Positions 9,104-19,998 of a DNA stretch of 64,000 nucleotides are shown here, piece after piece. This DNA is from Myxococcota bacterium (GTDB taxonomy: Bacteria; Myxococcota_A; Polyangia; JAAYKL01): positions 5,414 through 69,413 of the forward strand of contig JASJCT010000002.1 of the NCBI GenBank assembly GCA_030065855.1. The letters are read 5' to 3'. A model generated the notes under the pieces. The model was given only the letters and a program-made list of their open reading frames with translations, did no database searches and had not been told where the DNA came from. Both the position numbers and the translations under genes were made by a program. Each line of letters begins with the position of its first letter. Positions within the stretch are counted from its first letter, which is position 1.

Positions 9104-11212
9104 GTGTTTGAATGCCCAAGATGCAACACCGCATATGACAGTCCACCCGCTTTCTGCGGTGTCTGTGGAACGCAAATACCCGGTCAGGATACGCTGATAT
9201 CACCACCGGCCGATCCCCTCATCGGCATGATCGTCGATAACCGGTACCGCATCATCGACTTGGTCGGTCGGGGCGGTATGGGGGCTGTGTATCGGGTCGA
9301 GCACGTCAAAATGGGCAAGATCATGGCCATGAAATTGCTCCACGGAGAGCTCTCCCAAGACACTGACCTCAACCGGCGCTTTAAGCGGGAAGCAGAAACC
9401 GTGAGCTGCTTGTCCCACATCAACACGGTATCGGTGTTTGATTTTGGCACACATCAAGGGATGATGTATCTCGTCATGGAGTATATCGATGGCCGGGATT
9501 TGGCAGAACTGGTTCGCGCCAAGCGCCAGCTCAATTTTTCACGGGTGGCGCGCATCCTGATCCAAGTATGCTCTGCCCTGCATGAAGCCCATACGAAGGG
9601 TATCATCCACCGGGATCTCAAGCCCGAGAATATCATCGTTGCCAATCGCGATGACCAGAAGGACTTTGTAAAAGTATTGGATTTCGGTCTCGCCAAACTC
9701 GGGGATATGCGGGGAAAGACCAAAATCACGGCCAAGGGCAGCCTTGTGGGCACGCCCTACTACATGGCGCCGGAACATATCCGCGGCGAACCTGTGGATC
9801 CCCGATCAGATGTGTATGCACTGGGCGCCGTGATGTACAAATTGCTGACCGGGGAAACCCCGTTTACCGCAAACACGCCCATGGGGATCATCACCAAGCA
9901 CCTTACCGAGGCACCAGAGCCGCCCTCTGAGCGCTATCCCAGCCTGGCCATCCCATCAGTTGCCGATGCCATCGTTCTCAAGGCAATGAACAAGCACGCT
10001 GAAGATCGGTTTGCATCTGCCGAAGAGATGCGAAAAGCACTCTTAGACGGCCTGGAGAAGCACGCGTCCAGGGCAGACCAACATCGGCTTTCCGCTGATG
10101 GAAATCCAAGCTGGCACATGGGTCCGGCATTGGTCAAGCCCACAAAAGACTGGGACATCGGGCCCCTCGAAGAGACAGCGGACCCGGATATGTCCGAGGC
10201 ATTTACCCCGCACGTAGAAGGTCCCAAGGGTCCTGAGCGCACGAGTGCCCTTTCCAAGTCGGTCATCATCGGTACGCGCGAAGTGGAGATAAGTACAAAG
10301 TCAGATTTTATGGCATTTGAGCACGGACTGCGGCGCAAGCGCATCGCCATCGTCACGTTGAGCTCGGCCCTGGTTGTTGCCGCCACAGCCACGGCACTGT
10401 ACCTGATGCTGCGGCATCATCGGGACATCTCTGATCCGACCCAGGAGACCGAACCCAACGACGTTCCATCTGACTGCGACAGCCTCGTGGCAGGCACCTC
10501 CCTTGCCGGCTATATCTCAGGAAAGGACCGAGGCGGAGATATCGACTGGTACAAGCTACCCGGGCCTGGCACCACACCATGGGCGGTTGAGATCAGCGCA
10601 ACCGGTGTTCCCGGTCTAGACCTCGCTCTTCAACTTATCGACCTCGACGCCAACGCCAACATCATCACCGCCAATCAAAGCGGGGCAGGCGGTCCTGAGC
10701 GCATTCCACCGACGATCATTACCCAAAAAAGCGCGCATCTCATGGTGCAGGAAGTGCGTGCACGAGGCACCCCACCGGGGCGTTTTGACGGTGCCCCTTA
10801 CTACCTGACCTATCGCATGGTCGATCCATCTCTAGTAGAGGCAGAGCCCAACAACGCTGTTTCAACAGCGACCCTCATACGCCCGGGTATAACCACGAGC
10901 GGTCGTATCGGGGCAGCTGATCCGAATGATACCTTCTGCACAGCTGCTGGCGCTCAGGTGACGTCTGTCCAGGTCTCTGGCATCCCCAATATGGACATCG
11001 CGCTCACTGTTCACCGGGGTTCCCAAACGTCAGACATCCGGGTCAATAAAGGACCTACAGGCAGTGCAGAGAACGCTACCTTTCCAGTCAACCCAGATAC
11101 GTCAACACCGACATGCGTTCGGGTCGAGCGCATCACTGCAGATGCATCTTTACCCAAGGATGCTATTGCCCCAGCCAGCGACTGGGGTGAATACCGCATA
11201 CTGGTTCGTTAA
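9104..11212 (+). CDS. Hanks-type Ser/Thr protein kinase with N-terminal zinc ribbon, TM and extracytoplasmic PPC-like (ExEPN) repeats
   Basis: GRGGMGAVY, AMK, HRDLKPEN, DFG and GTPYYMAPE motifs; CPRC...CGVC; TM; ETEPND and EAEPNN. Confidence 0.95.
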   Translation: MFECPRCNTAYDSPPAFCGVCGTQIPGQDTLISPPADPLIGMIVDNRYRIIDLVGRGGMGAVYRVEHVKMGKIMAMKLLHGELSQDTDLNRRFKREAETVSCLSHINTVSVFDFGTHQGMMYLVMEYIDGRDLAELVRAKRQLNFSRVARILIQVCSALHEAHTKGIIHRDLKPENIIVANRDDQKDFVKVLDFGLAKLGDMRGKTKITAKGSLVGTPYYMAPEHIRGEPVDPRSDVYALGAVMYKLLTGETPFTANTPMGIITKHLTEAPEPPSERYPSLAIPSVADAIVLKAMNKHAEDRFASAEEMRKALLDGLEKHASRADQHRLSADGNPSWHMGPALVKPTKDWDIGPLEETADPDMSEAFTPHVEGPKGPERTSALSKSVIIGTREVEISTKSDFMAFEHGLRRKRIAIVTLSSALVVAATATALYLMLRHHRDISDPTQETEPNDVPSDCDSLVAGTSLAGYISGKDRGGDIDWYKLPGPGTTPWAVEISATGVPGLDLALQLIDLDANANIITANQSGAGGPERIPPTIITQKSAHLMVQEVRARGTPPGRFDGAPYYLTYRMVDPSLVEAEPNNAVSTATLIRPGITTSGRIGAADPNDTFCTAAGAQVTSVQVSGIPNMDIALTVHRGSQTSDIRVNKGPTGSAENATFPVNPDTSTPTCVRVERITADASLPKDAIAPASDWGEYRILVR

Positions 11213-11360
11213 GCGTAAACCCCTGCGATATCCGCGGGTCTAACGCCATAGCTAAAATTTTTTTTTCAATTTAGGCCTAATTTTTTTCTTTTTTGCGTCG
11301 TTATCCTAAAATTGAGCAAGTAAAAAAGAGCGTGACAGGTGGGCAAAAGGGATCGAGAGC

Positions 11361-12155
11361 ATGCTTTCGATAAAGGGCGTTCCCGATGAATTGGAAAACA
11401 TCTACACCCAATACAAAGACCTTTCCGAAGCGATTTATCGCTCTGTCAAAAGGCACGCGAAGCCTCAAAGGCTACCAGCGAACACCGATCTCTTTAAATG
11501 CACAGCGCCTGGTGCTGTCGTTTTTATCTTGGAAGGCTACTTCAAGCTAAACCACAATCAAAAAACGGTTAGAATGTATTCTGGGTCTGATTTTGTAACC
11601 CTGGCGAACAATGCCTGTGGCTTTTCTCTATCCAGTGAATTCAGGGCTGAAATCGTTGTTTTTGAGGGCCGCGCGCTCATGAACCAGCTCAGAAAAGACG
11701 CCCGCCTGCTCGAAAGTTGGCACCTACTTACCGATTTAGACAGCAAAATCAATCTGGCCTTAGGCGCTTCCTATTTAAGTGACGACGTTAAAGCCACCTT
11801 TCACCTGCGCGAAGTAGCTGATGGCGAAACGATCATTAAGCAAGGAGATCCGCCAGATGAGGTCTTTGAGCTACTCCAGGGAAAAGCAGCAGTGTTTTCG
11901 GCAGATCGGCATGTCGGCACTGTACTGAGCGGGGAGATATTTGGCGAAATCGGCTTTCTGAACGACACCGCCCGAACCGCGACCGTGATCGCCAACGGCC
12001 GCTGTCTAGTCCGAGTGGTAAAAAAGGAAGACTTCTTTGCATTGATAAAAAGTAATCCCGAGCTGGGCATCCACATTTCAAAGACCCTTGCCTCAAGAGT
12101 TGCGGCGCTCAACGATCGGTTAATTTCCCACGCAGACAATCATCAACAGATCTGA
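11361..12155 (+). CDS. Cyclic-nucleotide-binding domain protein (tandem cNMP folds, no HTH)
   Basis: IIKQGD, GEIFGEIGF and RTATV motifs in the C-terminal domain; the N-terminal copy is degenerate. Confidence 0.85.
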   Translation: MLSIKGVPDELENIYTQYKDLSEAIYRSVKRHAKPQRLPANTDLFKCTAPGAVVFILEGYFKLNHNQKTVRMYSGSDFVTLANNACGFSLSSEFRAEIVVFEGRALMNQLRKDARLLESWHLLTDLDSKINLALGASYLSDDVKATFHLREVADGETIIKQGDPPDEVFELLQGKAAVFSADRHVGTVLSGEIFGEIGFLNDTARTATVIANGRCLVRVVKKEDFFALIKSNPELGIHISKTLASRVAALNDRLISHADNHQQI

Positions 12156-12201
12156 CTGACCATCGTGCGATCGCCAAAATCCAGTCACAAGGAGGTCAAC
12201 A

Positions 12202-15200
12202 TTACATTCTCTTTAGTACAACCATGGTAACGTCATCAACGCATTCATAGTTGTTCAATTCTTTTAAAATATGATTTTTTATATCGTGCGGAGGCTTTGT
12301 GCTGGACTGGGCAAAGAGCTGCTTTAGTTTTTCCTCCCCAAACATCTGCTCCGCCCCACCCTTTGTATTCTGTGGAGCGCCCTTTTTCCATGCTTCGGTG
12401 ATGCCGTCAGTGTACAATAACATGGCATCCCCACGATCCAACTCAAAGCTGTTATCTGACATCATGTTTTGTACGTCATCCAAGATACCTAACCAAAGCC
12501 CGTCGGTTTCAACCATTTCAATGGTGTCTGTCTTTTTTCGATACACGATAATATCCTGGTGCAGGCCAGCAAAGCTGATCTTGCCATTTTCTTGAACAGT
12601 TAATACAGTGATGGTCATATACTTTCCTAAGTTCATCAATTTGATATTGGCGGCGATAGTTTTATTAACAATGGTTAACAATTCTGATGGCTGAATGGCG
12701 GGATTGATGTTGAGGGTATGGTGGATGCAGGTTTGCACCATCATCATGACAAGACCAGCCGGGACGCCGTGACCAGACGCATCTGCAATAACAACCCAAT
12801 CCTGTTGGCCCACATTTAGGATATCGTAATAGTCACCACCCACCTCGTCAGCCGGTGCCATATGGGCTGCTATTTGATAACCATTGATTGATGGTTGCTT
12901 GGGAAGTAAACAGGTTTGGATATTGGCAGCAATCTCCATCTCTTTACTCAATTTGGCCGCATTCTCACGGTGCGTCACCAGACGGGCATTTTCAATGGAA
13001 ATCGCTGCTTGGGCAGATAAAACCCGCAATAGTTCTATCCGTTCGTCCGTGAAGGCATCTGTAACCAGGTTGTTTTCAAGATACAATATCCCGGACGTTT
13101 TTCCCTTATGGATAATAGGCGAACAGAGAAGCGATTTTATCTTGTTTTTCTTAATATAGGGATCGCGGGTAAAGTTTCCCTTTTGATGAGCATTGTGCAG
13201 GATTACATTTTCATCGGTTCTATGCACGTAGTTTATAATTTGGGACGAAAGCGAGGGGTTATTTTCGACGGATATCGATTGCAGTAACAATATTTCCTTT
13301 TCCGGCTCACCTTCTGCTTCAATATAGAGTTTCTGATCCCTTTCATTCTCAATGAGCAAGAATCCTCTCTGTGCACCAGCGCTCTGAAGTGAAAAATCCA
13401 TAATGCCTTTTAATAGCCTGCCCAGATTAATTTCACTGGATAAGGCTTGTGATGCTTTCATTACCGTCGACAGATCAATGGCATCGGAGTAACTTGCGGT
13501 GTGGGAATAGGCAGTAATTGTAGATTTTTGTGACTCAGCTGATGTGGGCAAAAGGAGATATCCGTATTTTTCTTTGATCTGCTCAGCTTTGGCTATAGAC
13601 CCCCACATGCGGCAACGGTGGTATGCTTCGGTAAGATAGACAGTGGCGACTCTTTCCTCCTTTAGATCTAGCCAGAATTCTCCTGCCCGTTCGAGAGATA
13701 GGGCTTCTTCGTGAAGATATCGGTTCTCATGCGCCAGTTTGATAGACGTTGCGTAGTGTTGTCTGGCAAGGTATTCTTTTCCATTGACGCGAGCGATTTC
13801 AGCTTCCACAAGATGGAATTTATGCTTGTAACTCTTGGGTGAGTGCAAAGCCCAATTTTTCATTTTTTTCTGGCTTTTCGCAATGATCTTTGCGAATTTT
13901 TTCTGCACTGATTTTTGTTGTGTAGGAAATAGCGCCAACCGGGTCAATGCATCATAGAAATAAACCAGCGCCTGATAAGGCGAGGCCATGGTGGTATCCA
14001 TGGTTGATCTGGATAAATCAGCATATTTAAGTGCTTCATCATAATGGCCAAAAAGATAGTTCAGATTTAACAAATAGAAGTAAACATTAAAAATAGCGTT
14101 GATGTCGTTGGCCTTTTCATGTATCGGCATCATCTTGTTTATGTCATAGGAAGGGCCGATTAATGCACACGGATTTTCAGATTCGCCGAGCAAGTTTAAC
14201 ACGAATTGGCGATCCAAAAGTTCATAATTGTAGGGTGTTTCCTGGTTGATCTTTTTAATCATTTCCGCCCATTTTGTCATCTCTTCTGCCGTATATGGTA
14301 AATCTACGCCTGCGAAATAGAGGGAGATGCAATAGGTATTGGCCGAATGTGCTGAAAATTCAAGATCACCGGTTTCGAGTCCTATCTTATAGGTTTCCAA
14401 CAGGGGGTCTAACGACTCGTGTATGGAATTTTTCCAAGGATTGATCATGAACCAGAAAACCAGCAGAACCCGCGCCTTGGTCTCTTTAATCTGTAATTTT
14501 TCAACCAGATCTACAGCAAGCTTGCCCCACTTATATCCGTTTTCAATATCGAAGAAAATGCCGCAGTGAATCATGCCATATCCAGAATAAAAGAAGGGGG
14601 TGTAAACACTATTGCCGTATTTCACGGATATTCTGACGCCGTAGAATATTAAAAGGGGAATGAGATTAGGCGTAGCATACATTGCGGATGAACAGATGCC
14701 TGCCATAATTTGCATTGCCGCTAATTTATAGGGGTCTTTTAATTCCGGAAGGTTAATTAATTGATCAATGGATTTGCCCAAGAGGGATATTTTTAACCGT
14801 ATAAGCTCATATACAATCCTCGTATTTCCGGGTTTATCCGGTAGATTGATCCCGAGCTGACGCAAGACAAGCAGTCCGATTCGGATTCCTTCCAGAAGTT
14901 GATTTTGCGCAAAACAGGCAAAAATTTTGGTCTCATAGACCTTAATCGAATCCAGAATTGACGCTGCATGTTGAAATACCGTCTCGGCCAGTTGCTCCAT
15001 AACGTCATACTCGGCACTGAGTTGCGCGGCAACAACCGCTTCCTGGTATAACGCATGCGTTAACCCGTAGTTCTCCTCCCAAGAATTTTTTTCAAGTAGC
15101 TGTATGCCTGTTTGAAAGTAATTTAGTGCAGACACATAGGCACTGGAAGCCAAGGCTTTTTTACCGGCCATATTGTTCAGCTCGGCTAGCCTGCCTTTTT

Positions 15201-17376
15201 CTGACTTTTCCTTAACCAGCGCCGTTCCGGCATTTAATTGATTGACGATGTAGAATATTTTTTCTTGTAATGTACCCTCGTCAGTGGCGTTCAGCTCCAG
15301 TTTTCCGATGCAGTAATGCTGTTGTGACTTTTCCGCATCCGGGATTAGCGAATATGCTGCTTCCAATACGCGGTCGTGACTGAATTGATATATCTCGTCA
15401 ATTTTGTGCAATATGCCTTCACACAAAACTTCTTCTAAGGCGAGCAGAATGTCGTCTACTGGTTTTTTACATATGATTTTCAGTGTAGCAAGCGTAAAAG
15501 TACTGCCGATGCATGCCCCCAACTTTAGGATTTCTTGTGAAGGTTCTGAAAGGCCGGTAATTTTTTCTGTCATGAGGTCCACGACATTGTCAGTGGCTTT
15601 GATATTTTCGATGTCCTGCATACGCCAAGTCCAGCCATGTTCAAAGGAGAACGCAATCAGCTTCTGGCTATAGAGTGATTTTAAAAATTCATTGATGAAA
15701 AATGGATTTCCCTGGGTTTTTCTGACCAGAAGCGCTGCCAAAGGTTCTGTTTTTGCCGGCGAGCAGTGCAGGGTATCGGCGAGCAAATGATTGACATGGT
15801 CTGCTAAGAGCGGCTGTAAAAAAACGCTATTCACGATGGCCTTGGTTTTTTGAATTTCACCCAGGGTCAACATCAGCGGATGTGATTCAGGTGTTTCATT
15901 GTCTCGGTAGGCACCGATCACGAACAGGTGTTTGATATCCGTATCGGTAATGAATAGTTTGATTAGGTGCAAACTGGCCAGGTCGGCCCACTGCAAATCA
16001 TCCAGAAAGAGAACCAGGGGATGTTCACTACCGGCAAGTGCTTTGATGAATTCCTGAAACACAAAGTTAAACCGGTTTTGCGATTCAACCGGTCCCAAGG
16101 CCGGAAGTTCAGGCTGCGGACCTATAATACGTTCAAACAGGGGGATGATGTTGGTGATGATTTTGCCATTGGGCCCCAGTACAGATCTGATCTTTTCCTT
16201 CCATAAGGCAATTTGCGCGGCATCGCCTGCCAAGATCTGCTTGGCCAATTCATTGAAGGCCTGAATAAAGGCACTGTAGGGAACATTCTTTTCAAGACTT
16301 TCAAACTTTCCAGATACAAAATAGCCGTTATGGGCAACAATAGGTGTGATGATCTCATTTACCAGCATGGACTTGCCAATACCAGGGAAGCCGGAAACCA
16401 GCATCAATTCAGCATTATCTTCACAAACCCGTTCAAAGGCGTTCATTAAGGTATCGATCTCATGCTGCCGACCGTATAATTTTTGGGGTATCTGAAATTT
16501 GTCTGAGAGGTCCTGGCAACCCAAAGAAAATAGGGTCAGTGTGTTGCCTTGTTCCAGTTCCTTTCTGCAGTGCGCCAGATCGGCTTTCAGGCCGTGCGCA
16601 CTTTGGTACCGGCCTTCGGGATTTTTATCCATCAGTTTGAGAATGATGTCCGATAGCAGTTTGGGTATAGTTTCATCCAGATCGTTGGGAGCGTTTGGCT
16701 GCACGGCGATGTGGCTGTGAATTAACTGTAAGGGATCTCTTGCATCAAAAGGTAACTGACCGGTTATCATCTGGTAGAAGGTTACGCCCAGGGAATAGAA
16801 ATCCGTGCGATAATCCAGTGAACGGTTCATCCGTCCGGTCTGTTCCGGCGAGATATAAGCAAGTGTTCCCTCCAGTACATTCGGATTTTTGATCGAAGTG
16901 CTTTCTCGGGGAAGTGTAGTAGAAATGCCGAAATCGATAATTCGAACCATCTGTTGGGGGATGGTCAAAATAATATTGGCAGGATTTATATCTTTATGGA
17001 TGATATTGCGCTTGTGTATATTTTCAATAATCTCCACAATCTGCATGGCTAGATGGAGAAAATCTTTGGCATCGAGTTTGGTTGATGCCAGGAAATCAGC
17101 TAGAGACTGACCACCGATATCTGCCATGCTGATGGCAGGTGCATCCTTGATTTGGGTCAAGGCATATACCTGAACAACACCTTCGTCGGCAAGTAAGCTG
17201 GTCAGCGTGTGGTATTCCTGTTTGAATTTTGAGACTTCTTCTGGTGTGGGGTAGGGTTTGTTGAGGATTTTCAGAACAACCGACCGGTTTTCCTTTTCCT
17301 CCCATGCACGGTAGATGAGGGTGTTGATGCTTTCATATATTGTTTCTCGGATTGAATAGTCGTTGGTTGGTTGCAT
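12202..17376 (-). CDS. Multidomain Ser/Thr kinase - STAND-type AAA ATPase - TPR - GAF - SpoIIE (PP2C) phosphatase
   Basis: Kinase motifs HKDINPAN, DFG, GTLAYISPEQTGR; Walker A GFPGIGKS and Walker B LFLDDLQW; GAF (ILYLEN, QAAISIENA); PP2C motifs GGDYYD, DASGHG, YTDGITE, DDVT. AT-richer than its flanks. Confidence 0.95.
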   Translation of the reverse strand: MQPTNDYSIRETIYESINTLIYRAWEEKENRSVVLKILNKPYPTPEEVSKFKQEYHTLTSLLADEGVVQVYALTQIKDAPAISMADIGGQSLADFLASTKLDAKDFLHLAMQIVEIIENIHKRNIIHKDINPANIILTIPQQMVRIIDFGISTTLPRESTSIKNPNVLEGTLAYISPEQTGRMNRSLDYRTDFYSLGVTFYQMITGQLPFDARDPLQLIHSHIAVQPNAPNDLDETIPKLLSDIILKLMDKNPEGRYQSAHGLKADLAHCRKELEQGNTLTLFSLGCQDLSDKFQIPQKLYGRQHEIDTLMNAFERVCEDNAELMLVSGFPGIGKSMLVNEIITPIVAHNGYFVSGKFESLEKNVPYSAFIQAFNELAKQILAGDAAQIALWKEKIRSVLGPNGKIITNIIPLFERIIGPQPELPALGPVESQNRFNFVFQEFIKALAGSEHPLVLFLDDLQWADLASLHLIKLFITDTDIKHLFVIGAYRDNETPESHPLMLTLGEIQKTKAIVNSVFLQPLLADHVNHLLADTLHCSPAKTEPLAALLVRKTQGNPFFINEFLKSLYSQKLIAFSFEHGWTWRMQDIENIKATDNVVDLMTEKITGLSEPSQEILKLGACIGSTFTLATLKIICKKPVDDILLALEEVLCEGILHKIDEIYQFSHDRVLEAAYSLIPDAEKSQQHYCIGKLELNATDEGTLQEKIFYIVNQLNAGTALVKEKSEKGRLAELNNMAGKKALASSAYVSALNYFQTGIQLLEKNSWEENYGLTHALYQEAVVAAQLSAEYDVMEQLAETVFQHAASILDSIKVYETKIFACFAQNQLLEGIRIGLLVLRQLGINLPDKPGNTRIVYELIRLKISLLGKSIDQLINLPELKDPYKLAAMQIMAGICSSAMYATPNLIPLLIFYGVRISVKYGNSVYTPFFYSGYGMIHCGIFFDIENGYKWGKLAVDLVEKLQIKETKARVLLVFWFMINPWKNSIHESLDPLLETYKIGLETGDLEFSAHSANTYCISLYFAGVDLPYTAEEMTKWAEMIKKINQETPYNYELLDRQFVLNLLGESENPCALIGPSYDINKMMPIHEKANDINAIFNVYFYLLNLNYLFGHYDEALKYADLSRSTMDTTMASPYQALVYFYDALTRLALFPTQQKSVQKKFAKIIAKSQKKMKNWALHSPKSYKHKFHLVEAEIARVNGKEYLARQHYATSIKLAHENRYLHEEALSLERAGEFWLDLKEERVATVYLTEAYHRCRMWGSIAKAEQIKEKYGYLLLPTSAESQKSTITAYSHTASYSDAIDLSTVMKASQALSSEINLGRLLKGIMDFSLQSAGAQRGFLLIENERDQKLYIEAEGEPEKEILLLQSISVENNPSLSSQIINYVHRTDENVILHNAHQKGNFTRDPYIKKNKIKSLLCSPIIHKGKTSGILYLENNLVTDAFTDERIELLRVLSAQAAISIENARLVTHRENAAKLSKEMEIAANIQTCLLPKQPSINGYQIAAHMAPADEVGGDYYDILNVGQQDWVVIADASGHGVPAGLVMMMVQTCIHHTLNINPAIQPSELLTIVNKTIAANIKLMNLGKYMTITVLTVQENGKISFAGLHQDIIVYRKKTDTIEMVETDGLWLGILDDVQNMMSDNSFELDRGDAMLLYTDGITEAWKKGAPQNTKGGAEQMFGEEKLKQLFAQSSTKPPHDIKNHILKELNNYECVDDVTMVVLKRM

Positions 17377-17573
17377 TTGATGATCTCATGCATTGTGTTT
17401 CAGCACCAACATGGTAATGGTACCACCTCTATCACTGCCGGCCAGTCCAATCTGTATATACACATTGATCGGCGATGAAACCTTCACACTGTTGTGTGTT
17501 TTATACAGCAGCCCAACCGTCATTTCGGTATCCCGGGCTTTGGCCATCTTCGTAACGAACTTAATTTTGCTTC

Positions 17574-17588
17574 TGGCATTATTCTTGT
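17574..17588 (+). promoter_or_regulatory. Putative sigma54 promoter
   Basis: TGGCAT-N5-TTGT about 50 bp upstream of the 17636 ATG; the -12 element deviates from TTGC. Confidence 0.4.
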
Positions 17589-17635
17589 AGGAAGCAATCT
17601 CGATATCAAGTTCCTGACGAACAAAGGAAATCAAT

Positions 17636-18235
17636 ATGAAAAACATCAACCCGCTCACTGTATCTATTGTCATGTCGGCAACCCTCTTCTTCGCTGCATC
17701 GCCAGCACTTTCTGCGGAACCAGATACCACCCCGATCGATATATATATGGGCACGGGTGCCGCCATGTTCACACGCGTATCCTGGGGATTTATTCCAGCA
17801 CCGGTCGCTGTCGCTATCAACGCGGATGTGGGCAAATGGCTGCGGGTGCGCACCGACGTGAATTACCACTTGGCCGCTAAAGCGCTGTATGCCACCTTTG
17901 GTGCGGGGATCGTCTTCAGGCCAGTAGGTGCGAACGCTCGAAAAGACGGTGGATTTCAGCTTAAACTACCGATACTCGGAGAGTTGGGGTTTCTGTCCGG
18001 TGAGGTCGAGGCTGGAGACGGATACAACGACACGCTCAGATGGTTTCTTTATGGGGCATCCCTCGGCGTGGATTTCGTCTGGTGGAAGGCCAAAAAAGCC
18101 GGTTTCTGTCTTTCGGTCAAGGGTGGATACCTATTTAAGAAGGACACTGGCTCACAATACGCGGGCATCTATTCATCCCATGACGACGTGCTGGGAAGCT
18201 CTGAAGCATCTATTCTCCTGGGCATTGTCATTTAA
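17636..18235 (+). CDS. Hypothetical secreted protein, probable small outer-membrane beta-barrel
   Basis: AAGGA RBS, signal peptide (ALSA) and alternating hydrophobic/Gly strands. Confidence 0.6.
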   Translation: MKNINPLTVSIVMSATLFFAASPALSAEPDTTPIDIYMGTGAAMFTRVSWGFIPAPVAVAINADVGKWLRVRTDVNYHLAAKALYATFGAGIVFRPVGANARKDGGFQLKLPILGELGFLSGEVEAGDGYNDTLRWFLYGASLGVDFVWWKAKKAGFCLSVKGGYLFKKDTGSQYAGIYSSHDDVLGSSEASILLGIVI

Positions 18236-18647
18236 AACAAAGCCCACACCTTGGTTCATCGCCATGATCATACCAACGTCTTGCAACGGGAACATTTCAG
18301 CAGCCTGATACAATCCCTTTAGGAAGTAACGGACGAACTTAGTGTTGCAGTATGATGTTCAACCAAGGGGCGCATTGGGTGCCAAAACAGGAGCGCCTCC
18401 CACGGTTTCGAGCAAATCGTCTCTGACACGTCTGGGCAAGGATGGAGAAGATGCTCCTTAATCATAATTTCGAACGCGTTTCGCATACGGAATCGCGATC
18501 CCAGGCGAAAAAAAGCGCTATTATCTCCACCCTATTATAGGGTTTGTGGTTTTTCTCGAACTACAGGAGGATGCAGATTTCAACGGGCTGAATTTCTATG
18601 TCGATGAAGCAGTCATTCCATATGTAACCCGATTAAGGAGGACTTTG

Positions 18648-19319
18648 ATGAAAACTAAACTTGGCGTTATTGTTGTATTATTCACCGCAGCAATATCAGC
18701 ACATGCACATGCAGACGAAGGCTGGAAACTAGAAAAAGACAAGAAAGGTGTAAAGGTTCATTCCAGAGCGATACCCGGCTCTGAATATCGCGAATTTAGA
18801 GCTGCTGGCACGAAAGCGGTTCCCTTGGAAGTGGGCGTGGAGGTGATGAAAGACTACAACCACTATGTGGAATGGTTCGGCATGTGCAACGAGCTTAGGG
18901 TTATCAAAAAGAGAAGTGAAAATGATTATGATATGTATTTTATTCTAGATATGCCGTTTCCACTTACCAATCGAGATGTGGTCGTTAATGTAAAGACCGG
19001 CTGGGATTTCGAGAAAAGAACGGCTTGGGTCAAGATTAAAGGTATTAAAAGTAATTATAAAAAGGATTCGGGGCTTGTAAGAATCACCAAATACGATGGA
19101 GAATTCGAAGTAGTGGAACTTGAACCTGGGAAAACGCGGGTGTCTTACACCTTGCACGCTGAGATTGCCGGCTCACTCTCTCCCAAAGCCTATAATCTAG
19201 CAGCATATAAACACCCGTATAAAACTGGTACTGGCTTAAGAGAACAGCTAGATAAGGAAAAATACTGGAAGCGGGCCAGCCAAGTCCATAACAAACAATT
19301 CAGATATGCCCAAAAATAA
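18648..19319 (+). CDS. Secreted START (SRPBCC) domain lipid-binding protein
   Basis: AAGGAGG RBS, signal peptide AHA, WKLEKDKKGVKV, PFPLTNRDVV and EIAGSL motifs. Confidence 0.88.
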   Translation: MKTKLGVIVVLFTAAISAHAHADEGWKLEKDKKGVKVHSRAIPGSEYREFRAAGTKAVPLEVGVEVMKDYNHYVEWFGMCNELRVIKKRSENDYDMYFILDMPFPLTNRDVVVNVKTGWDFEKRTAWVKIKGIKSNYKKDSGLVRITKYDGEFEVVELEPGKTRVSYTLHAEIAGSLSPKAYNLAAYKHPYKTGTGLREQLDKEKYWKRASQVHNKQFRYAQK

Positions 19320-19321
19320 AC

Positions 19322-19939
19322 CTAGTCTATTTTATCCGTAATTTCTACATCGATACCGCTCCCTTGGAGCAACCGCTCGAAGGTTTGGGCATCTTCAATC
19401 GAGCCCACCACACCGCCGTCGTAGTGCATTGGGATGGCTGTTTTAGGTCGGATGATGGTTGCGGCTTCTACTGCTTCCTCAGCTGTCATGACATAGGTCC
19501 CTGAAACCGGTAATAGAGCAACATCACATTTAATACCAGACATCTCTGGGATCACATCCGTATCACCAGCGTGGTAAATGCGCTGGCCATCCACAGTGAC
19601 GATGTACCCCACGTGCCCCTCTGCTTTTGGATGAAATTTTTTGTTCACGTTGTACGCTGGTACAGCTTCGATTTGGATACCCTTCACTGTCTTGGTCTCG
19701 CCTGCAGAAATGGTTTCAAAGGGTGCAGGGGGCTCACAACCCGGCGGGCAGAGGATTGCAGTGTCGGATTTCAATATTTTCTTGATGTCGTCTGGGCTCA
19801 GGTGATCGAAGTGGCCGTGGGTAATGAGAATAATGTCTGCTTTTGCGGTGCTCGAAATTTGATAAGGGTCGATGTAGATGGATAGATCTCCAGACTGAAT
19901 ACGGGTGCCATCGTGTCCCAATCTGTCAATGTTCATCAT
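19322..19939 (-). CDS. MBL-fold metallo-hydrolase (UlaG-like)
   Basis: YIDPY, ITHGHFDH, AYN...FH, YHAGDT and IPMHY motifs. Confidence 0.93.
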   Translation of the reverse strand: MMNIDRLGHDGTRIQSGDLSIYIDPYQISSTAKADIILITHGHFDHLSPDDIKKILKSDTAILCPPGCEPPAPFETISAGETKTVKGIQIEAVPAYNVNKKFHPKAEGHVGYIVTVDGQRIYHAGDTDVIPEMSGIKCDVALLPVSGTYVMTAEEAVEAATIIRPKTAIPMHYDGGVVGSIEDAQTFERLLQGSGIDVEITDKID

Positions 19940-19998
19940 GTCGATATACCTCCTTTGACCCTGTTATACTGCCAAATCTTAATTAAGCAAAAGGCGCC

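Noticed and set aside
18236-18647. Riboswitch or ncRNA in the 400-bp intergenic region
   Set aside because: I could not recognise a known motif or convincing structure by eye; an Rfam/Infernal search would be needed.
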